Source: Amphiscolops sp. MND2022 (taxonomy: Eukaryota). From it: DNA of 60,000 nucleotides. This document shows positions 11,821-24,737 of the stretch, piece after piece. Both the position numbers and the translations under genes were made by a program. The stretch spans positions 23,562,001 to 23,622,000 of the forward strand of contig OZ076409.1 of NCBI GenBank assembly GCA_964187785.1, given 5' to 3'. How positions within the stretch are numbered: position 1 is the stretch's first letter; the number at the start of each line of letters is the position of its first letter. The notes beneath the pieces were generated by a model. It saw only the letters and a list, made by a program, of their open reading frames with translations. It ran no database searches and was not told the origin of the DNA.

Positions 11821-12457
11821 TTTGAAGAAAAGCTTTATCTTGAAGAATTGATTTTCCAAAGATAATTTTCAACAAAGTTAGCTGAGATTAGAGTTTAGCG
11901 AAATTGAGAATTCAACTGAATTAAACAATTGCATCAGACTGAGTCCCTGAGTCAATGAAAATCATCCTATATATACCCTCCTAGCATCATTTGATCACGA
12001 TTAAAATCCTAATTTTCCTCGAACAATTAGTCATTTCCTGTATTTTCGATGAAAAAATCATTTTGTTCCCAATTTTACGTCGGTAACTCGTCAATTTTTA
12101 AGACACGACAATTTCAATCTAGCATTAGTCATCAACCACGATCATATCATTTCAGCTCGGCGTCCTTTGCTTTCCTCCCAAGCAGGAAGTAGATATTACT
12201 TCAGTCTGTCAAACCGGAAATGATTCCCTGTTTTACTGCTTTGGTTCGTAGGAAAATGACGTGGAGATGACGCTAACGTGAACAACTAATACCTGATTTT
12301 GAATTTTTACTTGAAGGAAATGCTATGACTAATGTTTTCAGCTTTGGAATTTCCAATGATGCTAGGAAAAGTAAAGACAAAGCTATGGAATTAGCTTCAA
12401 TTTTTGAGTTGAATTCCCAATTCAGATAAATAGTAATTAAACCAAATTAACGTAACA
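11427..12457 (-). repeat. 5' LTR of element A (1,031 bp)
   Basis: Perfect 7-bp terminal inverted repeat TGTTACG...CGTAACA; adjacent PBS; TATA-like TATATA ~11970 upstream of the gag ATG. Confidence 0.85.
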
Positions 12458-14631
12458 CCAACGTTTACATTAGAAAACTAGAATGATTTGGCAACAGCTC
12501 TTGGCTTCTACAAAATTGGCTGAAAAGGTGGACGGAGCTATGACGTGTTAAAATCAAAGGTATTAACGAGTATGAATTTCGTAATTGAATTCATTCATAC
12601 TCGAGTTTAAACTTTGACGTCTTAACGTCGTTGGATTGAACTAATAAAAGTGAAACAGTCAGTTGCCAAAAGTGGTATGAAAATGATCACAATGAGATGT
12701 ATAAAAACAACAAAAAGCACAGTTATATTGGGGGAAAACACGAATATGAATATTACAAAAATATGACCTCATTATTAAAATATAATCTTTGCTGGTTCAT
12801 AGCCCATAACTTTTCAGATACGTCAGATTGACGTCAGGTTACACACAATCGTATTTATGGTCTGCTTCAAACAGCATAAAATGTACATTAATAACATTCC
12901 CCTTTTTGGAATAAACTGTGACTTTAATTATGAAGAATATGGAAATCCTAATCAGGTCATTTTACAATGTGATTCCAAAAGATTAGTATTTTTATTGACG
13001 GGAACAGGACGTAAATTACCAAGTTTTATCCTTAACCTCGTAGAGTTCTAAAACATCTTTAAACGTTTCTTTTCCGTCAAATCCGACATATTAATATTCA
13101 TTCCGCTGAACTGGATGGATTAAACCAACTATTTTGATGGATTTTGGACGTAACGCGGACGTACGTATTAAGATTAGCCTTAGTCCGCTGGTATTGGACG
13201 TAACGCGGACGTATTTAAAATAAGAATTAGTCCGCGCCGAGAAGACAACACCGTGACGTCACTATGGCGGAAAATTGGAATGATTTTAAGTAGTGCTACT
13301 AATATAGGCGGTAAATTGGAATGGTTCTCTAGTGAGCGCGGACGGAACGGTGACGTCACACTATATACTTTCAAGTCTGCTTCTTACCGACGTTTAATAT
13401 ACATGTATTCTTTATTTTGTTTACTTAGCGCAGTGCCGACGTCCTAATCCGCACTAACTGCTGTTCAAAGTGCAATTAAGCTGCCTTTCTTAGAAAAGGA
13501 GTGGATATCTCAGTGTGTCATCTCGATGTACATTCTATTTTAGATTCAGATAATGTCCTTTTCCCAGTAGTGATTTTGGGTATGTTTTCGTTTAGATCGG
13601 TCTATGGTCTTTATTTCAAGACGTATACTTAATTAAGTTTTCAGGTGGCGAATGTTTCTATTTTGACGAGATGAAAACGTCCTGCCGGAAGTGTGTGAAA
13701 TCATTTTGGCTCATTTTAGTTTCTGTTCTCATTTTCATTTAAACTTTGCGCACGTTAGACGTACTTTTAGTCACAGTTCATTCTAACATTAGTATGAAAG
13801 TTCAAGTCAGTAGCCAAAATACCTTTTCGAAAGTTTCGCTGTACAGCCGTGTCCTCGTCCGAACCCAATCCGTCTACATCCACAATCCAGTCCGGGAGCG
13901 GACTGTGACATTCCCAAAATCAAGTATGTTTTCCAATCTGCTGTTAAGTTTCTGTATAATTGTTGTCATTTGGTTTCTTAAATTATTGTTATCATCTCAG
14001 TCGAAATTTGCATTTTGGCACTGATTCTATTAATACTGTTAAATTTGTCGCTTAGGCTACTTTTAAGTTCTCAATTCCTACTTTGAAAAACATTTTAAGA
14101 GTTCTTAGAAACTTCATCTGAAGTTCAATGAACTTGTGACTTTACTTTCCAAAGACTTCCCATCGAGAGACGGAGGCTCATTCTCATAGGGCTTCGTTTT
14201 CTTTTATTTCCTATGAAGTTTTCGATAGAAAGAATTGCTGTGTAGCAAACATTTTTACATCTTGTAATGTGAAAGAATGAAAAAAAGGAAATGATGACAA
14301 TAACGAAAAGTGGAGAATAAACAGAAGGCGAAAATAAAATTCAAAGAAAATTCTGAGTGGAAAAGTGAAAAGTGAAGTTTGTGACAATCTCGTTTAAGCA
14401 CTGACAGACTGAATTGTGACACTGGGGTAGAGTCTAATTTTTTCTCTATACAGTCACCGTTTTTTTGTGACCACCGTTTTTGCCACACTTCACTGCGATG
14501 TTCAGAAAAAACCTAGGTAGAGAACATATCAAATGAAAGCACAAAACAGCACCACTGGCTAATGAAAATCATCAAAACGAACGATCCACCGTTACTCAAT
14601 TCCAGCTTTTGCTTTAAAACGTAATTGAAAC

Positions 14632-15219
14632 CTACTTATGTAACGTCCACCTGTCATGAACATTACGGTGTGATTTTTCGCCATGTTCACTATTAAGAGT
14701 AGTTTTAGCTTTCGCGTTGTACTGAACTTCGGAATAACTTTCCGGTCTCTCATCAGATCTCTCCCATCCCCTTCTAGTCTCCTGTCCTGAACCGGCCATA
14801 ATAACGTTTTGAATCTGGGGCAAAACCTGGTTATTGATGGCGTCACTTATGGCTCTCTGGATCTGAGAACTAACACTGTTCATCATCTCATCCATCTCTC
14901 TAGATATTCTAGAGTTCAGTTCACTCGATAACTTATTGATCTCAGCTTGCGAATCTATACTTGCTGAATTTTGGTCGTAACCGGCACTAGTCCCAACTCC
15001 AAGATTTCTATGATCGGAATGGAGATCCATTTCTTCATTTTCCAAGTTATTACTTGTAATACTTTCTTGCCTTCTAATGGAAGTTCCATCGAGACTTCCG
15101 TCTCTTCTCGCATCATTAAAGTGATTTTCACCTAACATTATGTCAAGGCTTTCAATGTCAGAGAGAATTTCTAATCCTCTAGATTTCCTTGCTTTCTTTT
15201 GCTTCCTTGTAGTAGGCAT
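14632..15219 (-). CDS. LTR-encoded Gag N-terminal-like peptide (195 aa)
   Basis: MPTTRKQKK start parallels MSTTRSQKR (A) and MVITRSQ (B); helical segment EINKLSSELNSRISREMDEMM; stops just outside the LTR. Confidence 0.6.
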   Translation of the reverse strand: MPTTRKQKKARKSRGLEILSDIESLDIMLGENHFNDARRDGSLDGTSIRRQESITSNNLENEEMDLHSDHRNLGVGTSAGYDQNSASIDSQAEINKLSSELNSRISREMDEMMNSVSSQIQRAISDAINNQVLPQIQNVIMAGSGQETRRGWERSDERPESYSEVQYNAKAKTTLNSEHGEKSHRNVHDRWTLHK

Positions 15220-17185
15220 TAAGACTGAACCGGGTTGAATACTTGAATTATCAATTCCGGAAAATTAACAGTGAAACCGTTTGTATTATGAACGTCTTTA
15301 TCAAATGGAGAGAAGTACAAAGTATGAGCCTTCCTGCAGGGGTATGGGTATTAATACCTCTGAAAGGATGACACACACATTTTTTACATACTTTGACCAA
15401 GACAAATAGGATTTTACAATCATCATAGGGAAATCCCCGACAATTACATATTTCCGGGGGACATTTAAGGAATGGTATTCAGAGTCATCATTTTAAGTAG
15501 CAACTTCAAACAATCTATCGGTTAGACCTACTTCAAGTGTGATGTAAACAAATACCACAACTTGCATATTTTATAGTGATGTGAAATGAAGGCACGTGCC
15601 GGCACAAGTTTACTGCAAATTAAGCTGAAAATGGAATGTACTACTATGTGTGGGATTCTAATACTGCATCGATATTCACGAAAATACACTCACATATCAG
15701 AGCCGGAATAGGCCCAAATCCATAGCATGTACTGCGCATATGAAGGACAAGGTAAAAAGGCCTAAACAGTCCCTTTATTCAAGTTGAAAATATACAAACA
15801 TCAAACACCACAAACGTATTTATTTAGACTAAAATCATGATTCTAATAGCTCCGCGTAAGTATTGATTCAATGAGGCAACAAAGATATTATTATGCTTGA
15901 ATTGGCCGAAACCGTCCATTTGACTGAGGGACTGATATAAATTAGCACCGCTTAGTCAATCGGCCTTATCCGGCCATCATAAATAAAGCACTCATAATTA
16001 GCAAAAGGAAAGCTCTGATTGGTTAATAATCGTACTGAAAGTTACATCGCCGAGAAGGGACGTTTTCTCACTTGAACACGTTTCCTTCTCGCGATTAACC
16101 TGCTTATTGTACGTTACCGCTTTGATCAAATTTCATACTCTATTTGTAATACAGCAAAACTTCCTTTACAAATCACAAATTACAACCTGATTTGGATAGC
16201 TCCAAATCGTAATTTTAACAGACTAATATCACGAACAATTATATAAAAATGCACTTGAATAAACAAAAATGAATGTGATTAACAAATAAATATAAGTTTC
16301 AGCAAGGCAAAGTTTAAAACGTGGGCAGGGTACCTGGGACGATTTCTTGATTTTCCGCTGACGTCGTTATTAATGTGCCGTCACAGGCGGCAGCCTGCGA
16401 CACCACCAGTTTGGTGACAAAATAACACCTGCTAGAATTTTACCAAAATTTCGAGGTACTGCACAAAAGGAAAATGGCTAACCTGGCAGGTACCCAAAAG
16501 ACGTATCAAGAACACCATACTCGGAGAACAGACAGAAAATACACCCGATACACAGAGACCTCCCCGAAAAACCCAAAAACACACCGTGCTGTGCCTGCTC
16601 GTGGTAAAAAGGGTCCCGTTTTGCAACTGCACCAGATGAATTGCCATTGGAAAGCGGAAATTCAACAGAAGAAACAGGCAATATTTGCATGGACTACCTC
16701 ACAAATCAAACACTCGCTGAGACTGCATTTCGATGATTCTCTAGCGTATTCCAGTGTAATTATACTAATTTTCAGGTATTTGGAGATGTATGATCTGCTA
16801 GATCCCTTTATGGCATCACTTATACCCAATAAAATGTATTTCAGTTAATTGCCATATTTGGACCTCGGGAGTATGTAGGAAGTCTAGGAAGACTCAGAAA
16901 CACTAGGAACCGTTTTTATGTGTTTGTGAGATATGTCTGAACTTTTAGTGTGCCAGCACGTCGCCTCGGAGCTGTGAAATGTGGAGCTCCCCGACGTTAG
17001 AATTGTCCCCCAGCAGACCATTTAGAGAGAAAAACTGATGTCTAGGCTTGTAGATAGATTATGGTCTTCTGTCCAGGCAACACAGGTATTTTCCCAGCTC
17101 GAATATGTGCTCTTTTTGCTACGTGTTTTATTTTGAGAAACTTTGAATATCTCATACTTTCACCTGATTTTTTATCTGCGTTACA
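14639..17185 (-). mobile_element. Probable solo LTR (2,547 bp) of a related Gypsy family
   Basis: TGTAACG...CGTTACA termini; flanks ACTTA/ATTTA (5-bp TSD with one mismatch); contains a Gag-N-like ORF running off the LTR end; no internal domain. Confidence 0.7.
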
Positions 17186-17647
17186 ATTTAAGATAAAATG
17201 GTTATTTGAGCTTTAAAGGTCCTCATTGTGAACATTTTAAGTATTGTATGATGTTTTTTGAACCCTCCAGAAAAACAACCCTTTAACATAATTGAACGAC
17301 TTCCTCTCGTTGAGCCTAGAGCGTAGCACCGACGTCGACGTTTCTGTCTTGGTACAAGTGCCTAAACATGGAACTTCTTGTCCAGTTTCGAGAACTGTCG
17401 AAAATTATTGAAACTTGAAAAAAAAGACAAATTAGCTTCTGATTAGTTAAAATTTGAGTTGCATCAGAAGCATTTCGAAAAAGTTTTTTTTAGCATTTTC
17501 TTATATTCCACTCTGTTTTGAATGTCGGTATCTTTAGGGTTTTGATACCGTTTCTGCAACAGTAAAAAATTAGTAATGAATTTTTAAAACTGTTTGTATC
17601 GATCTGTATTAGTCTTTCCGGGAATAAATTAATTAAAAGAAACTAAG

Positions 17648-18729
17648 TGTCATGCCCGCCAAGCATGAAGGAATTAAACGAACTCTAAAACATTAATTTA
17701 TACATCAAACTCCCTAAAATACAGATCATCATGAAAATACATTGCAGTAATTTATTCCCTGAACAATACAGTTGAGAGTATAACGACTGGAACTAACAGT
17801 CATCAATACTAAATTCATTCATATTATTGTGCATCGTTTAGAAACCAAGACTGAAACAATCAGTCATCAGCTATCGTGATAGTTTGTGATTTAATCATTC
17901 TTCATCCATTTTTTATATTACATGTAAAGTATTACCAGAATATTCAATCATTCATAACAACTACATTTCGTTCATTCATATTAGCAATTTGTACAATGCC
18001 TTTTAGTAATTATCCTCCAAACGATAATTGAATCAGTCACCATGATGATAAGAACACGCGGTAGTAAAGCCTCAGTTTAAGAGGCAATTGAGACAATTGC
18101 GTGCTAAAATGACTGGTGCTTGCGGTCATACTGGATCAAACATGAATAATTAAACGCCGATTATCACCCGTCACGACTGTAGCCACCAGTCGTCAAGTGC
18201 AATTAAACAGCAATTAGTAAATCGAATGTCATTGGCTAAAAGGAAAGGTGCTAACACACCTTTATAGTTACACAATCGGGTAAAACCGAACTCACTCACA
18301 AGTTGTAACCATTGATATAACCAGTTGCCTACTACCTTGCTTACGAGTTGTCAATCCTTATTTTAACATTAAAACATTTCGATTCAACTTAAACTTCCAG
18401 ACTTTTCATGGTAATTACCAGATCTCAAAGTAGTCAAAATAGACAAGTAGAAACTGAAAATATGGATAGATCAAGCGATAACGAAAGTGAAGCCAGTTTC
18501 CCTGAATATTTATCCAGAGACCAAATGGTAGACCTTGACTCTGACGACGTTTTAACTAGACGTCAAAACAGTTACAGATATAACATTGACCAGCGATTTA
18601 ATGAGATAAATAGACAAATCGGAGACCTTACTAATATAGTCCTTACACTGACCAATCAGTTTGCCTCCGTTAATGGAGAAGGGAACAGACTGAAACCAGC
18701 AACTACAAGTACTGACGGTCGTTTCGACA
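17648..18729 (+). repeat. 5' LTR of element B (1,082 bp)
   Basis: TGTC...GACA termini; direct repeat of 31467-32577 with a 29-bp indel and roughly 16 substitutions counted by eye. Confidence 0.97.
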
Positions 18730-18745
18730 TAGTGACAGGAGTCTT
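18730..18745 (+). other. Primer-binding site (TAGTGACAGGAGT; TGG>TAG variant)
   Basis: Adjacent to the LTR end; matches the element A PBS except at position 2. Confidence 0.7.
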
Positions 18746-19930
18746 GAACCCACGACCATCAGGATCTCGAACAACACCACCCAACGGGACACCAAGGAGT
18801 GACGAAAGTATTCCGCAGATAGCAGATGTGATGACGGAAATCCACCATCTCCGCAGTACAATGGGGGAAACCTTGACCCATCCAAAAATCCTGCAGACCC
18901 AAGTACCTCTATTCAAGGGAAATCGAGACAAATACAATGAACTCGAGCATTTATTGCTCAACCACTTACGACCACATGCCCACAAACTAACCGAAGAACA
19001 AAAACTCAACTACTTTCAGAGTCTTCTCAGAGATGACGCAATTGAGTTTTGGCAAACCCTAACAATCACAACAGAAACGACACTGAGAGATATACTGACG
19101 GCATTCAAAAAAGAATACGCAAAGGAAGAACTCTCAGAAGTCTCGAAGTTCAAATTCGACCAGCTACGATACGATCCGGCCACTGAGTCATTCAGTACCT
19201 TCCTCGCCAATTACAAAAAGATTGCCAAACAAGCCTACGGCGAAAATGCACAGGAAATTGTCCAGACCTTCCTATTTGCCAAATTACCGATCCAGCTCCA
19301 AAACGAACTGACAATTGCAGGAAAACACAATGCCAGCATTGAAGACATCAAAACATTCGTCCAGAGAAGATGTCAATATGCCCAGTAACTACCAAACCAA
19401 CAACTCCTCCAACCGTTCAACCAAGCTATCCAGACACAAGAAGTCCCAAACAAGCCAGTTGTTCAGAAGAGGAACGAAAACAAACGACCAACAATCAAAA
19501 AGAAATTCGATGGCAACTGCAGATACTGCGCAATTTACGGACACAAATGGGCTGAGTGCCGAAAACGACTGCGTGACGAAGCAGCGGGCAACAACAACTC
19601 ACAACCTCAGAAAAAGCCCGAACAGCAAAATAACAACGCAGAAACACAACCAAAATACAATGCCAAACTGGTCTGCCAAATTTGCGGATATACAGGTCAC
19701 TCCGCAAAAGACTGCCGTTACAGAATACCCCGAACCTCCGCCTACGGAAGCGTGCCATACAATAGGCAAACCACAAATGAAAACAGGGACTTCCGACGCG
19801 ACTTCCGAAGAGCACACAACTACCCTTACCCAGCAAATGAAATGAACGAACTTGCACCAGGGGACCAACAACAGCAAACCAGTGATGACTACTACCAACA
19901 GGAATTCACCGAAGGATCATCCAGCCAGCC

Positions 19931-19937
19931 AAAAAAC
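19931..19937 (+). promoter_or_regulatory. -1 frameshift slippery heptamer A AAA AAC
   Basis: CCA AAA AAC TTC TGA at the gag end; the protease ORF (19979-20578) is in the -1 frame. Confidence 0.75.
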
Positions 19938-22900
19938 TTCTGAAGCCACGTCATCCGACTGACTAATACAATAACAAAGTGCGCAACATGAACAACTACT
20001 ACTACACAAAGAACTACAAAAACCGGGCAACTGATCTTCGGCAGGATCAGAAACCTAAGACTACAACTACCCACGAAACAACCAATGACAAAATGAACCC
20101 TCCCTTCGAACCAACGGACGTGAACTTACAAACGACAGAAGACAAACAGCACTCTAACTCGACTACAACGACTGACTGTACAAGGAAAACAATGAACCGA
20201 AAGAAAGACGTGGCGATCCAGGTGTTAACAGCAACACTCCAATTAAACAAAAAGGACAAGATGTTGTACGTCCCATTGCAATTCCGAGAATACGAGAACC
20301 ACGGACTCCTCGACACAGGAGCAATAAGAAGTGCAATGTCAGAAGACGAACTCAGACGAATCCTGTCTGCACACCCAGCCGCACTTCTCGAAGAGTACCC
20401 AGCACCGGACTTCAAAGTCCAAATCGCAAACGGAAGCATCGTCCCGGTCCGGAAACAGGTACTACTTCGCTTCTTCATCGGAGGTAAAGTATTCGAGGAA
20501 ACCTTCATGATTCTTTCAACCATGGGTAACATCTTGATCGGAATGTCATTTTTCAAAAAAGTATTCAGTGACACTTGACCTTGCCAACAACGTAGTCAAG
20601 TTCCCGGATATTACCCTGCAACTGAAACCAGAACGAGGACGATACAAAATCCAGATGATCGAATTACGAACGACACAGAAAACAGTCATACAACCGGACC
20701 ACCAAATCATTGTCCCCGTCCTAGCAGAAAGGGACCTCGGGACAATCCAGGGCACAGTGGAAACCTTTCCTGCCTTTGAAAGGAAGACACAATTACTGGT
20801 GTCCCCCGCCCTAACGCAAATCACTGAGAAGAAAAGCCATGTCCAGTTCACCAACCTCACTTGCCATACAATTACCCTCAACCCGAACACGACAGTGGCC
20901 ACCTTCAAAATAATGACTCCCAATCAAGCAAAAATTCTACAACCAATGTCAAACGAACAATTGACACTAATAACCAAATACCCGGACGAAGCCAACAACG
21001 TACTGAACCGTCTGTTTCAGGAACCCGGCACTGAAACCAACCGCAGATGGTACCCAACCCCGGAGACATGTGACGACCCGTCCAAGCTGAACCGCATTGA
21101 AAGGCGGATATATAACGAAATCACTCAACTCCGTGAAGAAGAGAAACTGGACCCAACAGCAGACGACCAACAACGCAAGGAGTTCCTTGCTAACTTCAAA
21201 TGGGAGAACTCAATCCTGAATGAACACGAACAACAACAAATTGAGAACCTCCTTGTGAAGTACAACAATGTATTCGCCAGACACCGCCTCGACATAGGCA
21301 TCAATACTGACTTCAAAATCAAACTCACTCCGAAGCATGATGAACCAGTCTACGCGCAGAGCTTACCTACACCCACCAACCTCAAAGATGACCTGCTCGT
21401 CGAACTAGCGCTGATGCAAGAGTACGGGATCATCACGACGTTGCCGTACAGCAAGTATTCCTCACCAATATTTGCCCAGCGCAAACCCAATGGGAAACTT
21501 CGCATTCTTGTAGACCTGCGCAGAATCAACCACCTCTTGAAAAATGATTACAACCAACATAATCATCCAGTCACCACCATCGCCGACGCCGCCCAGCACA
21601 TGGCAGGGAAGAAGGACTTCTGCAAGCTGGACTGCTCGCAGGCGTACCACTGTTTGCAGATGGCGGATGAACAATCCATACAACTCTTGGCATTTAATTT
21701 TGGAAGTCGAACCTTTGCTTATCTACGACTGGCACAAGGACTCAACCGATCCCTATCAGCATTCAACAGCACGGTGCGAGAATACGTTGATGCACTGGTG
21801 AAAGCGGATAAATGTGCCCAATATGTCGACGACATTGGGATTGCTGCCCACACTGTAGATGAGCTACTGTCAAACATTGAAGCTGTGTTCCAACAAATCC
21901 AAAAAGCAGGACTGAAATTGTCGATGTCAAAATGTGCGTTTGGTCACCCACAGATCGACTTCCTCGGGAGAAGCATCACATCAAAGGGTGTCGCCCTACT
22001 CGAAGACAAGATCGACGACTTCCTCAAGAAGATCAAATTGCCCACATCAATCAAATCCCTCCAAAGGTACATCGGGTTTGTCCAGTTCTACAGGCAGTAC
22101 ATACCACGCCTAGCAGAAAAACTCACCCCACTGTACAAACTACTCCAAAAAGACGTCAAATTCCAGTTGACCCAGCCGCACAAGGACATCATCTTCGAGA
22201 TTAATGAAAATCTTGCCAAAGCTGCGAAACTTTCGCTGCGTTTTCCGTTACCCGATAAACAGCTTGTTATAATGTGCGACGCCAGCGAGCATGCAGCAGG
22301 ATATGTCCTCCTGATAGAAGACTATACCGAAACAAACGATGGACCACTGAAAACGTACGCCCCAGTATCATTTGGATCCCAACGATTCACGGAGGGCCAA
22401 ATGTCCCTAACAATGTACGCAAAGGAATTCCTGGCGATGCATTTCGCATTCGATGAATTCGCACACATACTCTGGGGTGTCAAGAAACCAACAATAGTAA
22501 TGACGGACAATAAAGCACTGACCCGATTTTTTCAGTTTAAACGGATTCCCCCGAAGCTATGGAATTACTGCGATCAGACGCTCCAATTCGAATTCGTACC
22601 TGCCCACGTTCCTGGAACTGAGAACCCTGCTGCAGACTACCTGTCTCGTCTTGACATACGACCAGAGGAAAGAATACACCTCAAACTCAACGACGAGATA
22701 CCAGTCTTCCACGTCGAGATCGACCTGGCATCGAGAACACCCAAGCAGGACGAAGAAGAAGAAGAATGCATACCTGATGACCAACACACTACCACCACCA
22801 AACAAAATGAAGCCATCAACGCCATCCTGGACCAGGTCCCCATGTGCAGCAACGAATCGAGTGGACAGTTTCTCGAGAGGATAGAAACCATCTGTCATCA

Positions 22901-24737
22901 AATCACACCCATCATCACAGGGCAACATGACGATATGACGTTCACCAGATTCAGACGAAAGCTTCATGACAACGTGGTAAACCAGGTATGCCCCAATGGG
23001 GAGTATCAAATCATCCAGGATCAAGTCGTAAACCTTGACATCCAACGCATGATTAGAATTTTGAACCAAAAGAAAACCCTTTCTAATCATGTGAACTTTG
23101 AAAGTCAGTTTTTCCAAAAACTAGTTAAAAACAAGAAAAGACTTGAAGTAGTGAACAACGTTTTGTACAGGAATTTTTTTGATGGTACAGGTAAAATCAA
23201 GTGTAAACAAAATGTCACTCCCCCTGAAACCATTCGGAAAATCATTCAATCCCTGCACGATCACCCTCTGCAAGGTCACCCTGGCTGTAACAAAATGCTC
23301 CAGGAACTGCGTAAAAGGTACTACTCACCAAACCTTTCTGAACTGGTACTGCAATACGTCTCGAACTGCCAGGACTGTATCCGCGCAAAACCAATCCGAA
23401 AAGCTGCAATCACACCACCACTTCAACAAATATACGACCCCTGCAACGGACCAGAAGACATACTAGAAATCGATTTAGTCGGTGAACTCCCACCTTCCAA
23501 CGGATTCACACACATCCTCACTGCATGCGACTACTTTTCTAGGTACCTCTTCGCAATACCAATCCGTAAACCGGACACAAAGTCGGTCGTAGAAGCACTC
23601 ATGCAAATCTTCACGCAGCACTCGTATGTACCCAAAACAATCTTAACTGACAAGGGAACGACATTCACATCTCAACTACTCAACGCCCTGATGGAGTCTG
23701 CCGGTATAAAAATCGAACACTCCTCTGTAAAGCACGCACAAACGATCGGGATGGTTGAACGTTCACATCAAACACTGAAACAAATTCTCAAAATCAACAT
23801 CTCAGCTGATTCACCACAATGGCACAAATACATAAACATGGCCGTAATGGCCCATAACACAACCTACCACCAGGCTATCCGATGCACACCCACTGAAGTT
23901 TTCCACGGACGTGTTCCGTTCAATGCCCTTGACGTCAAATTTGGCCAGCCATTAACCGAACAACGTAACACCACTGACGTCACTGGAATACTAGATAACA
24001 TGAACAAAAAATTCCAACAAACACATGACAACATAATCGAAGCCTTTCACAAATACAAGAATTACTACGACCGAAAAGCGCAAACTTCACCTCTGAAAGT
24101 AAACGATTTCACCTTTCTGCTAAACAAAAGACTGTCTCAGCAATCTGAAAAAATTCCTTTCAAGGAATTCAAGTGGGAAGGCCCATACAAAGTGGTCAAA
24201 GTCTTGTCAAATTCAAATTACATCATACGTAAGATTGGCACTCTTCGCACCCAATGCGTTCACAGAATGAGGCTTCGCCCATTCACGCCAAACGCACCAA
24301 TCGAAGACATTCAAGACAATGCATCACAATATTTCGAAGATCCTGACGCCCTCAACGAGCAGGAGTTATTTGACAATAACCTACATGATCATGTCCATGA
24401 ACAGCCACAACAAGTAATACCTGAACAATCAAACTTCGAAGAGTTACACGCAGACCATGGAATGATCTACTACGAACGGCAAAACATAGAACCTGATCAA
24501 AACATCTCCATACCTGAAAGCCAGGCTGAAACACAAGAACCACAACCGGATAATGCTAGCATGAACAATTCTGAACACCAAACAAATGATCGCCCTCCAG
24601 CGCCATCACGACACACCATGTCTCGATACGGGCTCAGACACAACCCAAAACCTACCACGTACCCTGATTTCTTAATGCACGAATTACATGGTACGCCTTC
24701 ACTGCAACAGTTACTTCTGAAAAACAGAAACCTGTAA
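19937..24737 (+). pseudogene. pol: Gypsy pol (PR, RT, RNase H, integrase, GPY/F)
   Basis: LLDTGA; YVDD; CDAS; HDHPLQGH..CQDC; EID/TDKG/MVER; WEGPY. TAA at 19964; one extra A in the run at 20555-20560 separates ORFs 19979-20578 and 20568-24737. Confidence 0.95.

Larger units (their letters stand above)
1..12457 (-). mobile_element. Ty3/Gypsy LTR retrotransposon (element A), >12.4 kb, 3' end outside window
   Basis: 5' LTR 11427-12457, PBS, gag with CCHC knuckles, pol in PR-RT-RH-IN order, then an antisense accessory gene. No second LTR copy in 1-5400, so inclusion of the leftmost ~1 kb is inferred. Confidence 0.9.
18408..19943 (+). pseudogene. gag: Gypsy gag (starts inside LTR; in-frame TAA at 19386-19388)
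   Basis: PLFKGNRDKYNELE, KLNYFQSLLRDDA capsid-like region. After the TAA the same frame gives CRYCAIYGHKWAEC and CQICGYTGHSAKDC and ends PKNF*. Confidence 0.9.

Noticed and set aside
12463..14440. TGACGTCA-rich region with a duplicated GGACGTAACGCGGACGTA and a TATA-like motif
   Set aside because: No boundaries or credible ORF could be defined.
14449..14490. TA-CAGTCACCG... possible Tc1/mariner terminal repeat
   Set aside because: No matching opposite end was found in the window.
20555..20560. Second programmed frameshift within pol of element B
   Set aside because: Element A is continuous at the equivalent position; a single extra A in a homopolymer is better explained as mutation or sequencing error.
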